Below are positions 31,290 to 39,067 of a DNA stretch of 41,501 bases, piece by piece; the stretch's first letter is position 1; the number at the start of each line of letters is the position of its first letter. The notes under the pieces are model-generated. The model made no database searches. It worked only from the letters and a program-made list of their open reading frames with translations, and had not been told where the DNA came from. The translations under genes and the position numbers were made by a program. The DNA comes from a virus, in the IMG/VR virus record IMGVR_UViG_3300033463_000341, positions 1 to 41,501 of that record. One strand, 5' to 3'.

Positions 31290-33065
31290 TTATTCTAATT
31301 TTTCATCATCTTTATCGCCATTTACAGCACTTAAATTTAATCTAATAAAACTACCTTTTTCTTTTCTAACTGTTGTTTGGTGTATATATCTTCCTTGCGA
31401 ATTTAATTCTAGGAAACCCATATCAACCCAATCTTTTTTTACTGTATTGAATTCATATCCACCTTTTTCAAGCTCTCTAAATAAGATTTGAGCATTTATA
31501 GTACAAGTAAAATCATCTTTAATTCCCCAACATTCCCCAAAACCAAATTCTTCAAATTTTTTATAATTAGCATTCATGATACTAATAATATATTCTTGAG
31601 CTTTAATTGCGGTCTTAATTTCACTTTTATCATTTACATATTCTTTAATATCTTCTACTTGCAAAATATAATCATCGTGGAATATACATTCATTAGCTAA
31701 TTCATTTGCTAATAATATACTAGCTAAAGAACTAGCTTGTTTGTCTGTTGCAGGTGTTTCTTTAAGTATTTGACTTAATATTTTTTTAAATCTTTCAAAT
31801 ATAACGTCAAAACCTATACTTTGAATATATTTAATGTATTCCTTACCAGCAAATCCATAGTTTTCCTTAATTATTTTTGCAATATCTTGACCATTTTCAA
31901 TAATTTTTTCACCAATTTCCAAGTCAATAACTCTATTATAAACTTGTTCACCAGCGTTTTCCTTAACTAATCTATCATTGCTTGTAAATAAGAAGTTATT
32001 AAACCAAACTTTAACTTCTCTTGCTTGGCTGTTTTTATTTAATCTACCTTTTTCAGTTCCATTACATAAATCCATTACTAAACTTTCTAAATCTAGGTAT
32101 TTTGACCTTTTAACAATTTGTAATTCATCAAAATAACAAGTAAAGTTTCTCATAAAACTTGCAACAACCGAATAATAATTTTGCGTGTTGTTACTTGATA
32201 GCCTTAACGCCCCAATGTCTGGATTACCCCAAATTGACATTGCAACCATACAGCTCAAAGTTTTACCATTTCCAGATAAAGAACTCCACAAATTAACCAT
32301 ATATGGCTGTAAATTCAATTTTTCTAGTAGTGGACTAGCCAAAGTTGTAGCCATAAGTAACTTTATTACTTTGTGCTTTCTTAATTCGGCAACGCATTCT
32401 TTCCATTTTTCATAATTTCCTTTGCTTCCAATTGATTTATAAATATTTTTAAAATCATCAGCACCATCAAATATGCCATGACTATCATAAGGAACAAAGT
32501 CATTTTCTTTCCACCCAATGTGTGAAATACTATCTAATTTTTTAATATTATTTATATTCATTATCTCGTTGAAATAATTAATATAATATTTTACATTTTC
32601 ACTTGTAACATCAAGCCCATCATCACTTAATAGCAATAATTTTTGGTTAATTGATAATTGACTTTTATCTACAATCAATTCTTTCCATTGATTTTCTTTG
32701 TAAAATATAATCTTAACCTTTTCTTTGCCAGTATCTTCATTAATATATCTTTCAACTGGTAGAACAGGAATATAACTAAACTTTGTATTATATCTATCAG
32801 TTATTCCATCAATAGTGCAAGTATAATTACCCATTTTATATTTGTTAATATCATACTTACAATATGGTAAATCCAACTCATTGTCTATTGATATTTTTTT
32901 ATTTAGAATTGATTGATATTTTTTTAAACTTTCTTTAAAACGTTTTTCAACTCCAAGTTTTCTAGCTTCAATAAACAATTCATCTTCTCGTTCAGTTCTT
33001 TCAAGTTCGTTTAAATTGAAAAGGTCAATAAATGTATCTTTTGAAAATAGTTCTTTTTCAGTCAT
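31290..33065 (-). CDS. SF3-helicase-type replication initiator (DUF927 / VirE / D5-like)
   Basis: 591 aa. Walker A is SLSGNGKT and Walker B-like is CYFDELQ. No primase motif recognised by eye. The iteron origin lies immediately downstream. Confidence 0.7.
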   Translation of the reverse strand: MTEKELFSKDTFIDLFNLNELERTEREDELFIEARKLGVEKRFKESLKKYQSILNKKISIDNELDLPYCKYDINKYKMGNYTCTIDGITDRYNTKFSYIPVLPVERYINEDTGKEKVKIIFYKENQWKELIVDKSQLSINQKLLLLSDDGLDVTSENVKYYINYFNEIMNINNIKKLDSISHIGWKENDFVPYDSHGIFDGADDFKNIYKSIGSKGNYEKWKECVAELRKHKVIKLLMATTLASPLLEKLNLQPYMVNLWSSLSGNGKTLSCMVAMSIWGNPDIGALRLSSNNTQNYYSVVASFMRNFTCYFDELQIVKRSKYLDLESLVMDLCNGTEKGRLNKNSQAREVKVWFNNFLFTSNDRLVKENAGEQVYNRVIDLEIGEKIIENGQDIAKIIKENYGFAGKEYIKYIQSIGFDVIFERFKKILSQILKETPATDKQASSLASILLANELANECIFHDDYILQVEDIKEYVNDKSEIKTAIKAQEYIISIMNANYKKFEEFGFGECWGIKDDFTCTINAQILFRELEKGGYEFNTVKKDWVDMGFLELNSQGRYIHQTTVRKEKGSFIRLNLSAVNGDKDDEKLE

Positions 33066-33080
33066 ATTATATTTCCCTTT

Positions 33081-33290
33081 CTATTTAACTTTTTTGAAAT
33101 ATTTTTCAATATCTTTTTCTTTGCCGCCATTTAAAATGGTAATATATAACGCAATTGGTTTTGTTGTAGAAACTTTGCCATTAAGAATATTGCTCAATGT
33201 AACTTTATGAATTCCAATTCTTTCGGCGATTTCGTAATCTTTAACAATTCCAAAATCTACGTCAACATCCTGTTTCAATATATATCTCAT
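33081..33290 (-). CDS. Small HTH DNA-binding protein
   Basis: 69 aa. DYEIAERIGIHKVTLSNILNGK is a helix-turn-helix. RBS GGAGGTAAAGGAAATG. It has its own class I promoter. Confidence 0.65.
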   Translation of the reverse strand: MRYILKQDVDVDFGIVKDYEIAERIGIHKVTLSNILNGKVSTTKPIALYITILNGGKEKDIEKYFKKVK

Positions 33291-33315
33291 TTCCTTTACC
33301 TCCTATACTTAAGTT

Positions 33316-33345
33316 AATTATACACTATTTTTTTGTTAGTTGTCA
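33316..33345 (-). promoter_or_regulatory. Sigma-A-type promoter (class I): TTGACA-N18-TATAAT
   Basis: The minus strand reads TTGACA ACTAACAAAAAAATAGTG TATAAT, directly after a terminator. Confidence 0.6.
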
Positions 33346-33353
33346 ACTATTTT

Positions 33354-33386
33354 TACAACAAAAAAGCAACTTTTTTTAGTTGCTTT
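33354..33386 (-). terminator. Intrinsic terminator after the SSB-like gene
   Basis: The minus strand reads AAAGCAACT-AAAAAA-AGTTGCTTT followed by TTTGTTG. Confidence 0.7.
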
Positions 33387-33399
33387 ACATTTTTATAAA

Positions 33400-34005
33400 T
33401 TAATCTAAAATATCGTCAGTAATTTCAACTGTATCGCCAAAATCTTCAAATGGACTTGCAGAACTTTCTTCTTTATTTTCGTTATAGTCATCAATGCTCA
33501 TGTATGTACCACTCAATAATCTAACACTATCTCTTACTTCAATTTCGTTCATTTTATCTAAACTTCTAAATTTACTTAATCTAACCTTAACGGCTTTACT
33601 TCCATCTTGTTTTTCATATTCTTCATATTGGAATACTCCACAAATCTTTTTACCAATTAATGTCTTTTCTTCCCAATTCCATTTGTAACCTGTATTTGAA
33701 TTTTCAACGCAAGTTATAAAACCTTTAAAATAGGCTGTGTTGTCTCCTTGAAAAGCTAAATATCTTGTTGCGTTGTTATCCCATTTTTTATTTGAGTTAT
33801 TATTGTTGTCATATCTTTTTTGATAATAACCTTTATATTCACCACTTGCTATATCAACCGCAACTTTAAATGTTTCTTTCCCATTTTCTTCATTTTTATG
33901 TACTTCTGCTTCTTTAATTACGCATTCATAAGCTCCAATAGGCAATGCTTTAAAATCGTCCATTCCTTTTGCCTCTACTTTTTCCCAATCATTAATTTTT
34001 TCCAT
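33400..34005 (-). CDS. DUF669-like putative single-stranded DNA-binding protein
   Basis: 201 aa. The N-terminal ...FKALPIGAYECVIKEAEV... and the acidic C-terminal tail (FEDFGDTVEITDDILD) fit DUF669/SSB-like proteins found next to Sak4 genes. Confidence 0.55.
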   Translation of the reverse strand: MEKINDWEKVEAKGMDDFKALPIGAYECVIKEAEVHKNEENGKETFKVAVDIASGEYKGYYQKRYDNNNNSNKKWDNNATRYLAFQGDNTAYFKGFITCVENSNTGYKWNWEEKTLIGKKICGVFQYEEYEKQDGSKAVKVRLSKFRSLDKMNEIEVRDSVRLLSGTYMSIDDYNENKEESSASPFEDFGDTVEITDDILD

Positions 34006-34016
34006 TTATTTTCCTC

Positions 34017-34391
34017 CTATATATCTAATAAATTTTCTTCATTATCAACTTTTTCAGTTGGTATATCTTTAATTTTTATTCTAATGCTTGATTTAACTTC
34101 ACTAACTTTAGAACATTCTTTATAAATATCTTCATATTTTTGTTTTAGTAATGCACTATCAATTGTTGTTCTAGTTGTTGGTGCTACGTAAGTAATAGCA
34201 ATATAATCATTTTCATATTTTTTTATTTCATTTTCTTCCATAGCACTTTTTATTTGTTCTCTAATTTCATCATTTTTATTTTGTAATTCTTGTTGTCTAT
34301 TTTGTAATTGTTTAATTGCAATACTAATTTGTTCTTCAATATCATTTAATTCTAATTCATTAGTTGCATATAAATTTAATAATTCTTCCAT
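34017..34391 (-). CDS. Siphovirus Gp157-like coiled-coil protein
   Basis: 124 aa. N-terminal coiled coil and a C-terminal ...YVAPTTRTTIDSALLKQKY...SSIRIKIK pattern. Position is typical of Sak4 modules. Confidence 0.5.
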   Translation of the reverse strand: MEELLNLYATNELELNDIEEQISIAIKQLQNRQQELQNKNDEIREQIKSAMEENEIKKYENDYIAITYVAPTTRTTIDSALLKQKYEDIYKECSKVSEVKSSIRIKIKDIPTEKVDNEENLLDI

Positions 34392-35800
34392 TATTCTTCC
34401 TCCTTCTTATCTTCAATTTTGTCTAATTCATAATATTCTCTAACAACTTTATCAAATGCTTTTAAATCATTTTCCATTGTATCATTTTCAAACATTCCAA
34501 ATGGAGTTTTAACACAATCTTGACCATTTGTTTTTAGTCTAAAAATGTAATTGCCATTATCAAACATTGAACGAATGCAAATTGTAAACATTCCTTGAAT
34601 ATTTACTTTCTCATCTAACAACTTACCAATTGTTTTTGGTTTGATGTTTCCACTTTCATCAGTATCTTCGTGCATTATTAAGTAAACTGTCTTACCACCT
34701 TCAATATTTTTAATTCCATTGATAAGGTTAAAGAAATTATTACCCATTTCATTATATTTATCAAAGCCTTTAACACTTGATTTATTCATAAATTCATTAG
34801 TTATAAGATAATTAGCATCATCTATAACTATTGTTTTCTTTTTAGTTCCTGCAATAGCTTTTAATATTGCATTATAATCATCTAACTTTGGTGCTTTAAT
34901 ATCAGTTTTAAATGGCAATGGTTTGCCTAAAACATTAACAACAGCAACCTCATCACTCTTAAAGTTTCTTAAACTTGTTGATTTTCCACTTCCTGATTGT
35001 CCTATTAATAATACTGGAACGCTATTCATATTCTTTACCCTCCTATTCTCCAATATTAATTTAACTTCTTTTTTTAAATAAGGTATTTCTATAATTTCGT
35101 AATTCTCTATATTTTCACTCATATAAACTATAAAGAAATCTTCAATCTTTAAGTTGGTATATTTTTCTACTAGGTATTTGTAAATTGATAGCTGAATGTA
35201 GTAATGATTTAATGTGAAGTCTTTTAAGTGATTTAATGGTATTTTCATATCTTTAGCATATTTTTCATTTTTGTGAATATCACTATTTGTTTTGTAATCA
35301 ATTAATACAAGTCCACCTGTTAATTTATTTATAAATAAATGGTCGATAGCACTTGCTATATCATATTCATCAGAACCTACAACAAATTCATCTGCAAGGT
35401 GTTCTAATCTATCTTTATAATCTTGATAAAAATTGTTTGCTTGTATTCTTATTTTTTCAACTGCTGTTATAAAATCTCCACTTCTAATAATTCCTGTTGG
35501 TATCCATTGCTTTTTACTCCATAAACTTTGTGCATATTCATGACAATTGCTACCTTTTTCACAAGCAAATTTATTTTTATATTCCCATTCAGCTAATACT
35601 TCTTGAATTGTCTTGTTTTCTTTAGTGGCTACCTTTTCAGCAACCGCTTCAGCATCAAATTCATTTACATAATCTTCAATAAGTCTTGTAACTGATATTC
35701 CAACTTTTTTGCCTTTATATTCATAATGATGGTCACTATCAAAAAATTTAAAATCACCAAATGCCTTATTTAACTCCTTTAGATATTCTTCTTTAGTCAT
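34391..35800 (-). CDS. Fusion protein: PD-(D/E)XK nuclease (RecB/Cas4/YqaJ-like) + Sak4-like P-loop ATPase
   Basis: The N-terminal half has DHLFINKLTGGLVLIDYKTN and YYIQLSIYKYL (D..(D/E)xK and QxxxY motifs). The C-terminal half has Walker A LLIGQSGSGKST and Walker B TIVIDDANYL. Confidence 0.7.
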   Translation of the reverse strand: MTKEEYLKELNKAFGDFKFFDSDHHYEYKGKKVGISVTRLIEDYVNEFDAEAVAEKVATKENKTIQEVLAEWEYKNKFACEKGSNCHEYAQSLWSKKQWIPTGIIRSGDFITAVEKIRIQANNFYQDYKDRLEHLADEFVVGSDEYDIASAIDHLFINKLTGGLVLIDYKTNSDIHKNEKYAKDMKIPLNHLKDFTLNHYYIQLSIYKYLVEKYTNLKIEDFFIVYMSENIENYEIIEIPYLKKEVKLILENRRVKNMNSVPVLLIGQSGSGKSTSLRNFKSDEVAVVNVLGKPLPFKTDIKAPKLDDYNAILKAIAGTKKKTIVIDDANYLITNEFMNKSSVKGFDKYNEMGNNFFNLINGIKNIEGGKTVYLIMHEDTDESGNIKPKTIGKLLDEKVNIQGMFTICIRSMFDNGNYIFRLKTNGQDCVKTPFGMFENDTMENDLKAFDKVVREYYELDKIEDKKEEE

Positions 35801-35928
35801 TATTTGCCTCTCTCTATTAAAAGCATTCTAATATAAGCATTTAATGACAACCCTTTTTGTCTTGCTTCTTCTTCAAGCTGTTTTTTTAATTCTTTTTCAA
35901 CTTGAAAATGAATGTATTGTTTTTCCAT
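35800..35928 (-). CDS. Ribbon-helix-helix (Arc/CopG-like) protein, 42 aa (found by hand)
   Basis: MEKQYIHFQVEKELKKQLEEEARQKGLSLNAYIRMLLIERGK. GGAGG RBS. TAATG overlap with the next gene. Confidence 0.55.
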   Translation of the reverse strand: MEKQYIHFQVEKELKKQLEEEARQKGLSLNAYIRMLLIERGK

Positions 35929-35952
35929 TTCTTCTACCTCCTAACTAATATT

Positions 35953-35981
35953 ATTATACTACAAACAAAATATTTTTTCAA
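35953..35981 (-). promoter_or_regulatory. Sigma-A-type promoter (class I): TTGAAA-N17-TATAAT
   Basis: The minus strand reads AAAAAAGTATTGAAA AAATATTTTGTTTGTAG TATAAT, upstream of the RHH gene. Confidence 0.55.
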
Positions 35982-36004
35982 TACTTTTTTAGTATTTTTT
36001 TGAA

Positions 36005-36160
36005 TTAATCTATATAGTCTTTGTAGTCATTTAATAACATAAGTTTTTTAGAATATTTTAATCTTGCAACAAATTTATCTCGTTCGTATTCAGTTTCAAA
36101 ATGTTTAAAAAATTTTTTATCATTTATTATATCATATAATAATATTTTTATTTTTTGCAT
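36005..36160 (-). CDS. Hypothetical protein (51 aa, found by hand)
   Basis: MQKIKILLYDIINDKKFFKHFETEYERDKFVARLKYSKKLMLLNDYKDYID. 13-nt overlap with the upstream gene. Confidence 0.45.
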   Translation of the reverse strand: MQKIKILLYDIINDKKFFKHFETEYERDKFVARLKYSKKLMLLNDYKDYID

Positions 36161-36387
36161 TTTGTTTTACTCTTTTCTTTTTCGTGTACTTTTTTATACA
36201 ACTCTAAATATTTTTTGTGTTCCTGAATATATCTATTTTTATGGTTGTTATTTTCAAAAATAATAAAATCAATTATTTCCTCATCATCGGCTATTTGCTT
36301 CTTTAAATCTTCGATTTCTTTTTCCATTTTTTCTTTATTTTTAATATATATTTTTATTTTCTTAATAATTTTATTTAATTTTTTCAT
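36148..36387 (-). CDS. Hypothetical Lys/Glu-rich coiled-coil protein (79 aa)
   Basis: ORF in the early operon. Confidence 0.55.
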   Translation of the reverse strand: MKKLNKIIKKIKIYIKNKEKMEKEIEDLKKQIADDEEIIDFIIFENNNHKNRYIQEHKKYLELYKKVHEKEKSKTKCKK

Positions 36388-36577
36388 GATTACCTCCTAG
36401 CATATTACTTAATTTTATTTTGAATTCTAAATTGCTTTTTAAATTCCTTAATTCATATATTTTATCACCCATACTTTTTCTTTTTGCTTCATTTAATGAG
36501 TGAGTTTCAGTATAAATTTCTAGTCTTTCTAATTCTTCTTTAATTCCTTGCAATTTTAAATATTCTTCCCTTTTCAT
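36371..36577 (-). CDS. Hypothetical protein (68 aa)
   Basis: RBS AAAGGGGTAAATATG. Confidence 0.55.
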   Translation of the reverse strand: MKREEYLKLQGIKEELERLEIYTETHSLNEAKRKSMGDKIYELRNLKSNLEFKIKLSNMLGGNHEKIK

Positions 36578-36579
36578 AT

Positions 36580-36729
36580 TTACCCCTTTATTTCTTGATT
36601 ATTTATTCTTTGTAATTTTTCAATGATGCAAATTCTTATAAAATTTGATTTGCTAATATTAGCTTTTTCTAAAAATTTTTCCATTTCCTCTTTTGTAAAA
36701 TTATCAATCCTAAATGTTTCTACTTGCAT
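36580..36729 (-). CDS. Possible ribbon-helix-helix protein, 49 aa (found by hand)
   Basis: MQVETFRIDNFTKEEMEKFLEKANISKSNFIRICIIEKLQRINNQEIKG. RBS GGAGGTTAATTATG. Confidence 0.5.
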   Translation of the reverse strand: MQVETFRIDNFTKEEMEKFLEKANISKSNFIRICIIEKLQRINNQEIKG

Positions 36730-36739
36730 AATTAACCTC

Positions 36740-36883
36740 CTAATTACCTAATTTAACTTCGCAGAATTCTTTGCTGTTTCCTGCATTTACGCATTTCTCT
36801 ATTTGTTTATTTTCCCAATTTTCAAACGCTATTATTACTAATATAACTATTGTTATAATTGCTAATACTTTAATTTTTTTCAT
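36740..36883 (-). CDS. Small membrane-anchored protein, 47 aa (found by hand)
   Basis: MKKIKVLAIITIVILVIIAFENWENKQIEKCVNAGNSKEFCEVKLGN. The start overlaps the upstream ORF by 14 nt. Confidence 0.5.
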   Translation of the reverse strand: MKKIKVLAIITIVILVIIAFENWENKQIEKCVNAGNSKEFCEVKLGN

Positions 36884-36983
36884 TCAAATCCAACCTTTCA
36901 TTTAATTCTTTTATGTCTTGTCTTATATCCTGTAATGCTTTTATTATGTTTTCGTAGTATTGTTTTTCTTGTTCTTCTAACAT
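36870..36983 (-). CDS. Hypothetical protein, 37 aa (found by hand)
   Basis: MLEEQEKQYYENIIKALQDIRQDIKELNERLDLNEKN. Strong RBS AAGGAGGTTTAATATG. Confidence 0.5.
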   Translation of the reverse strand: MLEEQEKQYYENIIKALQDIRQDIKELNERLDLNEKN

Positions 36984-37005
36984 ATTAAACCTCCTTGTTC
37001 AAAAA

Positions 37006-37209
37006 TTATAAGTTAAGTATTATACATAAACCATCTTCGTGCCAAAATTTTATAACTTTTTCTTTGCCACTATAATTATTAAATAATTGGTCAAATGTAA
37101 ATTCCTCAAATTTCCACCATTCATCAGTTGTTTCTTGGCTTTTTAAGTTTATCCAAATATTTTCGTTTTCTCTTAATTCGTTTTTAACTATTGTATATAG
37201 TTGTTTCAT
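37006..37209 (-). CDS. Hypothetical protein (67 aa)
   Basis: The start at 37209 (MKQLYTIVKNEL) has GGGAGAAAGGAGAATAT upstream. The track start at 37257 overlaps the upstream ORF. Confidence 0.55.
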   Translation of the reverse strand: MKQLYTIVKNELRENENIWINLKSQETTDEWWKFEEFTFDQLFNNYSGKEKVIKFWHEDGLCIILNL

Positions 37210-37240
37210 ATATTCTCCTTTCTCCCTTGTGGGAAGGGCT

Positions 37241-37393
37241 TTATTCAGCCCCTTCATACTCTTGTTCTAACATTGCATCTTTGTAACGGTCATACTCGTA
37301 ATCACTTGTATCCTTTTCTTCTTCGTTGCTCATATTATCTAAATAGTCACAATATCTATCCCAATCTCTTACTGGGTCATCACTATAAAACAT
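37241..37393 (-). CDS. First early ORF: acidic 50-aa protein (found by hand)
   Basis: MFYSDDPVRDWDRYCDYLDNMSNEEEKDTSDYEYDRYKDAMLEQEYEGAE. RBS GGAAAGAGAGGTATAAAAAATG. Lies about 35 nt downstream of the early promoter. Confidence 0.5.
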   Translation of the reverse strand: MFYSDDPVRDWDRYCDYLDNMSNEEEKDTSDYEYDRYKDAMLEQEYEGAE

Positions 37394-37426
37394 TTTTTAT
37401 ACCTCTCTTTCCTTTCTTGTAATACT

Positions 37427-37455
37427 ATTGTATCACAATAAAATACCTATGTCAA
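37427..37455 (-). promoter_or_regulatory. Early sigma-A-type promoter (class I): TTGACA-N17-TACAAT with TGTG extension
   Basis: The minus strand reads AAAAAGTGTTGACA TAGGTATTTTATTGTGA TACAAT, at the head of the early operon after the lysis-cassette terminator. Confidence 0.65.
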
Positions 37456-37546
37456 CACTTTTTATTAAAAAATGTAAAGTTTTTAAATTTATTGTACAAG
37501 CACATTAATATAGTCATATTTTTTAATTCTATCGGTCAAATTTCAA

Positions 37547-37580
37547 TGAAAAACAAAAAGTAGTATAATTCTACTACTTT
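37547..37580 (-). terminator. Intrinsic terminator after the endolysin gene
   Basis: The minus strand reads AAAGTAGTA-GAATTA-TACTACTTT followed by TTGTTTTT. Confidence 0.75.
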
Positions 37581-37603
37581 CGTGTTTCGTGTCTTAAATT
37601 GGC

Positions 37604-38383
37604 TTATTTTGTTAAAATATCAGTTGCTGTATAAATACGATTTTTTAATTCTTTATTTATTTCTTCTAATTGTTCAATTTGTAATTTTAAATCTTTATTA
37701 ATTAAAAGTTCTTTTTCATAAAGTTTCTTATAGTCAGTTACTGGTTCTTCTTCTGGAGAAAGTTCATCTTCTGATACCCAACCTATATCTCCACTTGTAT
37801 TGTATGGATAAGGAACTGGTCTATCATCAATTTTTCTAGTAATAATTGTGTGTTTGTCAGTGACTGTTTTACCAGTCTTACCACCATAGCAATTTTCATA
37901 TAGCACACCATTAACAATAACTTTATCGCCAATATTATATTTTAATTCGGCAGGTTGATATTCAACATAATTATATTCTTCTGGGTCAATATAATCATTT
38001 TTAGCATAATCAAATATTCCTAAATGTAAATGAACACCTGTTGCCATACCAGTTTTACCTGTTATACCTATTAATGTGTTGTTATCTACTTTTTGTCCTT
38101 TTTTAACATAAAATTCCTTTAAATGATAATGACACATCTTTAAATTTAATCTTGGATATTCAATCCAAACATAATTACCACATGAATTGTTTGTACTTGC
38201 TTCCAATACTACACCATCTTCAACAGCATATTGATTATATGGTTTTGAATGTGTGCCATAATCTACTCCTTTATGAAATGAACTTGTTGTGCCTGATGGC
38301 GTTTTTATTGGCTCACGAGGTCCAAATTTATCGGTAATATAATAGTCATTATATTCTTTAAATACCTTTTCAATAGCTTTCAT
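37604..38383 (-). CDS. Endolysin: M23 (LytM-type) metallopeptidase + SH3-like domain + C-terminal coiled coil
   Basis: HKGVDY (HxxxD) and GVHLHLG (HxH) motifs. The middle YNIGDKVIVNGVLYENCYGG...GDIGWVSEDEL is SH3-like. 1-nt overlap with the holin stop. Confidence 0.85.
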   Translation of the reverse strand: MKAIEKVFKEYNDYYITDKFGPREPIKTPSGTTSSFHKGVDYGTHSKPYNQYAVEDGVVLEASTNNSCGNYVWIEYPRLNLKMCHYHLKEFYVKKGQKVDNNTLIGITGKTGMATGVHLHLGIFDYAKNDYIDPEEYNYVEYQPAELKYNIGDKVIVNGVLYENCYGGKTGKTVTDKHTIITRKIDDRPVPYPYNTSGDIGWVSEDELSPEEEPVTDYKKLYEKELLINKDLKLQIEQLEEINKELKNRIYTATDILTK

Positions 38384-38721
38384 TATTCTTCCTCCTTTAT
38401 TTCTAGCTTTAACTGTAATAAATCTTTTAATTTAACTAAATCTTGATAACCATAGAAAACAATACCAGCAATAAATATTACTTCCATACCACTTATTAAA
38501 TTAACTTCTTGTCCATTTATATTTGCTACCATAATGTCAGGATTAAGATAACTACATAAATACATTAAGCATATAGCCACAACAATAAACATAAATTTGG
38601 CAAAACCATTCCAAAATTTTTCCCAATTGAATTCTTTTTTTAATGTTGCGTAACTTGCACCTAACAATATATTTGCTAACATAAGGCTTACTAACCCAAC
38701 AACTATTTTCCACATAAGCAT
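38383..38721 (-). CDS. Holin
   Basis: 112 aa, three hydrophobic helices, charged C-terminus (KLEIKEEE). Immediately upstream of the endolysin. Confidence 0.75.
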   Translation of the reverse strand: MLMWKIVVGLVSLMLANILLGASYATLKKEFNWEKFWNGFAKFMFIVVAICLMYLCSYLNPDIMVANINGQEVNLISGMEVIFIAGIVFYGYQDLVKLKDLLQLKLEIKEEE

Positions 38722-38735
38722 ACCTCCTTTATATT

Positions 38736-38744
38736 ATTATATCA
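38736..38744 (-). promoter_or_regulatory. Extended -10 promoter motif TGATATAAT (class II) for the lysis cassette
   Basis: The minus strand reads TTTTTTTATGATATAATAATATAAAGGAGG directly after a terminator. Confidence 0.45.
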
Positions 38745-38775
38745 TAAAAAAAGAAAGTAGTAAAATTACTACTTT
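38745..38775 (-). terminator. Intrinsic terminator upstream of the lysis cassette
   Basis: The minus strand reads AAAGTAGTA-ATTT-TACTACTTT followed by CTTTTTTTAT. The 9-bp stem sequence is the same as in the terminator at 37557-37580. Confidence 0.65.
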
Positions 38776-38852
38776 TCTTCTTTGTTTATTTGGAATATAG
38801 CAAGAATGATAAAGCCCATTATTCCACCGAGCATAAATCCTAATATAAACAT
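38769..38852 (-). CDS. Possible 27-aa hydrophobic peptide (MFILGFMLGGIMGFIILAIFQINKEEK)
   Basis: Found by hand. One TM-like helix, no SD (ATG 3 nt after the upstream stop), and the stop lies inside the terminator stem. Weak. Confidence 0.25.
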   Translation of the reverse strand: MFILGFMLGGIMGFIILAIFQINKEEK

Positions 38853-38854
38853 AG

Positions 38855-39055
38855 TTATTTATTTTCGCTTTCTTTAAATTCTTTTTCTAATTCTTGCTCA
38901 TATTTGCTTATTTCTTCAACATCTGCTCTATGAATATCATCAAAAATATTCTTTATGATTATTTTTGAAATATAAAATGGAAGATTTTCCTCATTTAAAA
39001 TTTCAATAATTTTACTTTCAATATCTTTAATTCTTAATGTAAATGGTTTTTCCAT
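38855..39055 (-). CDS. Hypothetical protein after the tail-tip gene (66 aa)
   Basis: ORF with RBS GGAGGTAATAATTATG. Position is compatible with a fibre-assembly or lysis-associated protein. Confidence 0.6.
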   Translation of the reverse strand: MEKPFTLRIKDIESKIIEILNEENLPFYISKIIIKNIFDDIHRADVEEISKYEQELEKEFKESENK

Positions 39056-39067
39056 AATTATTACCTC

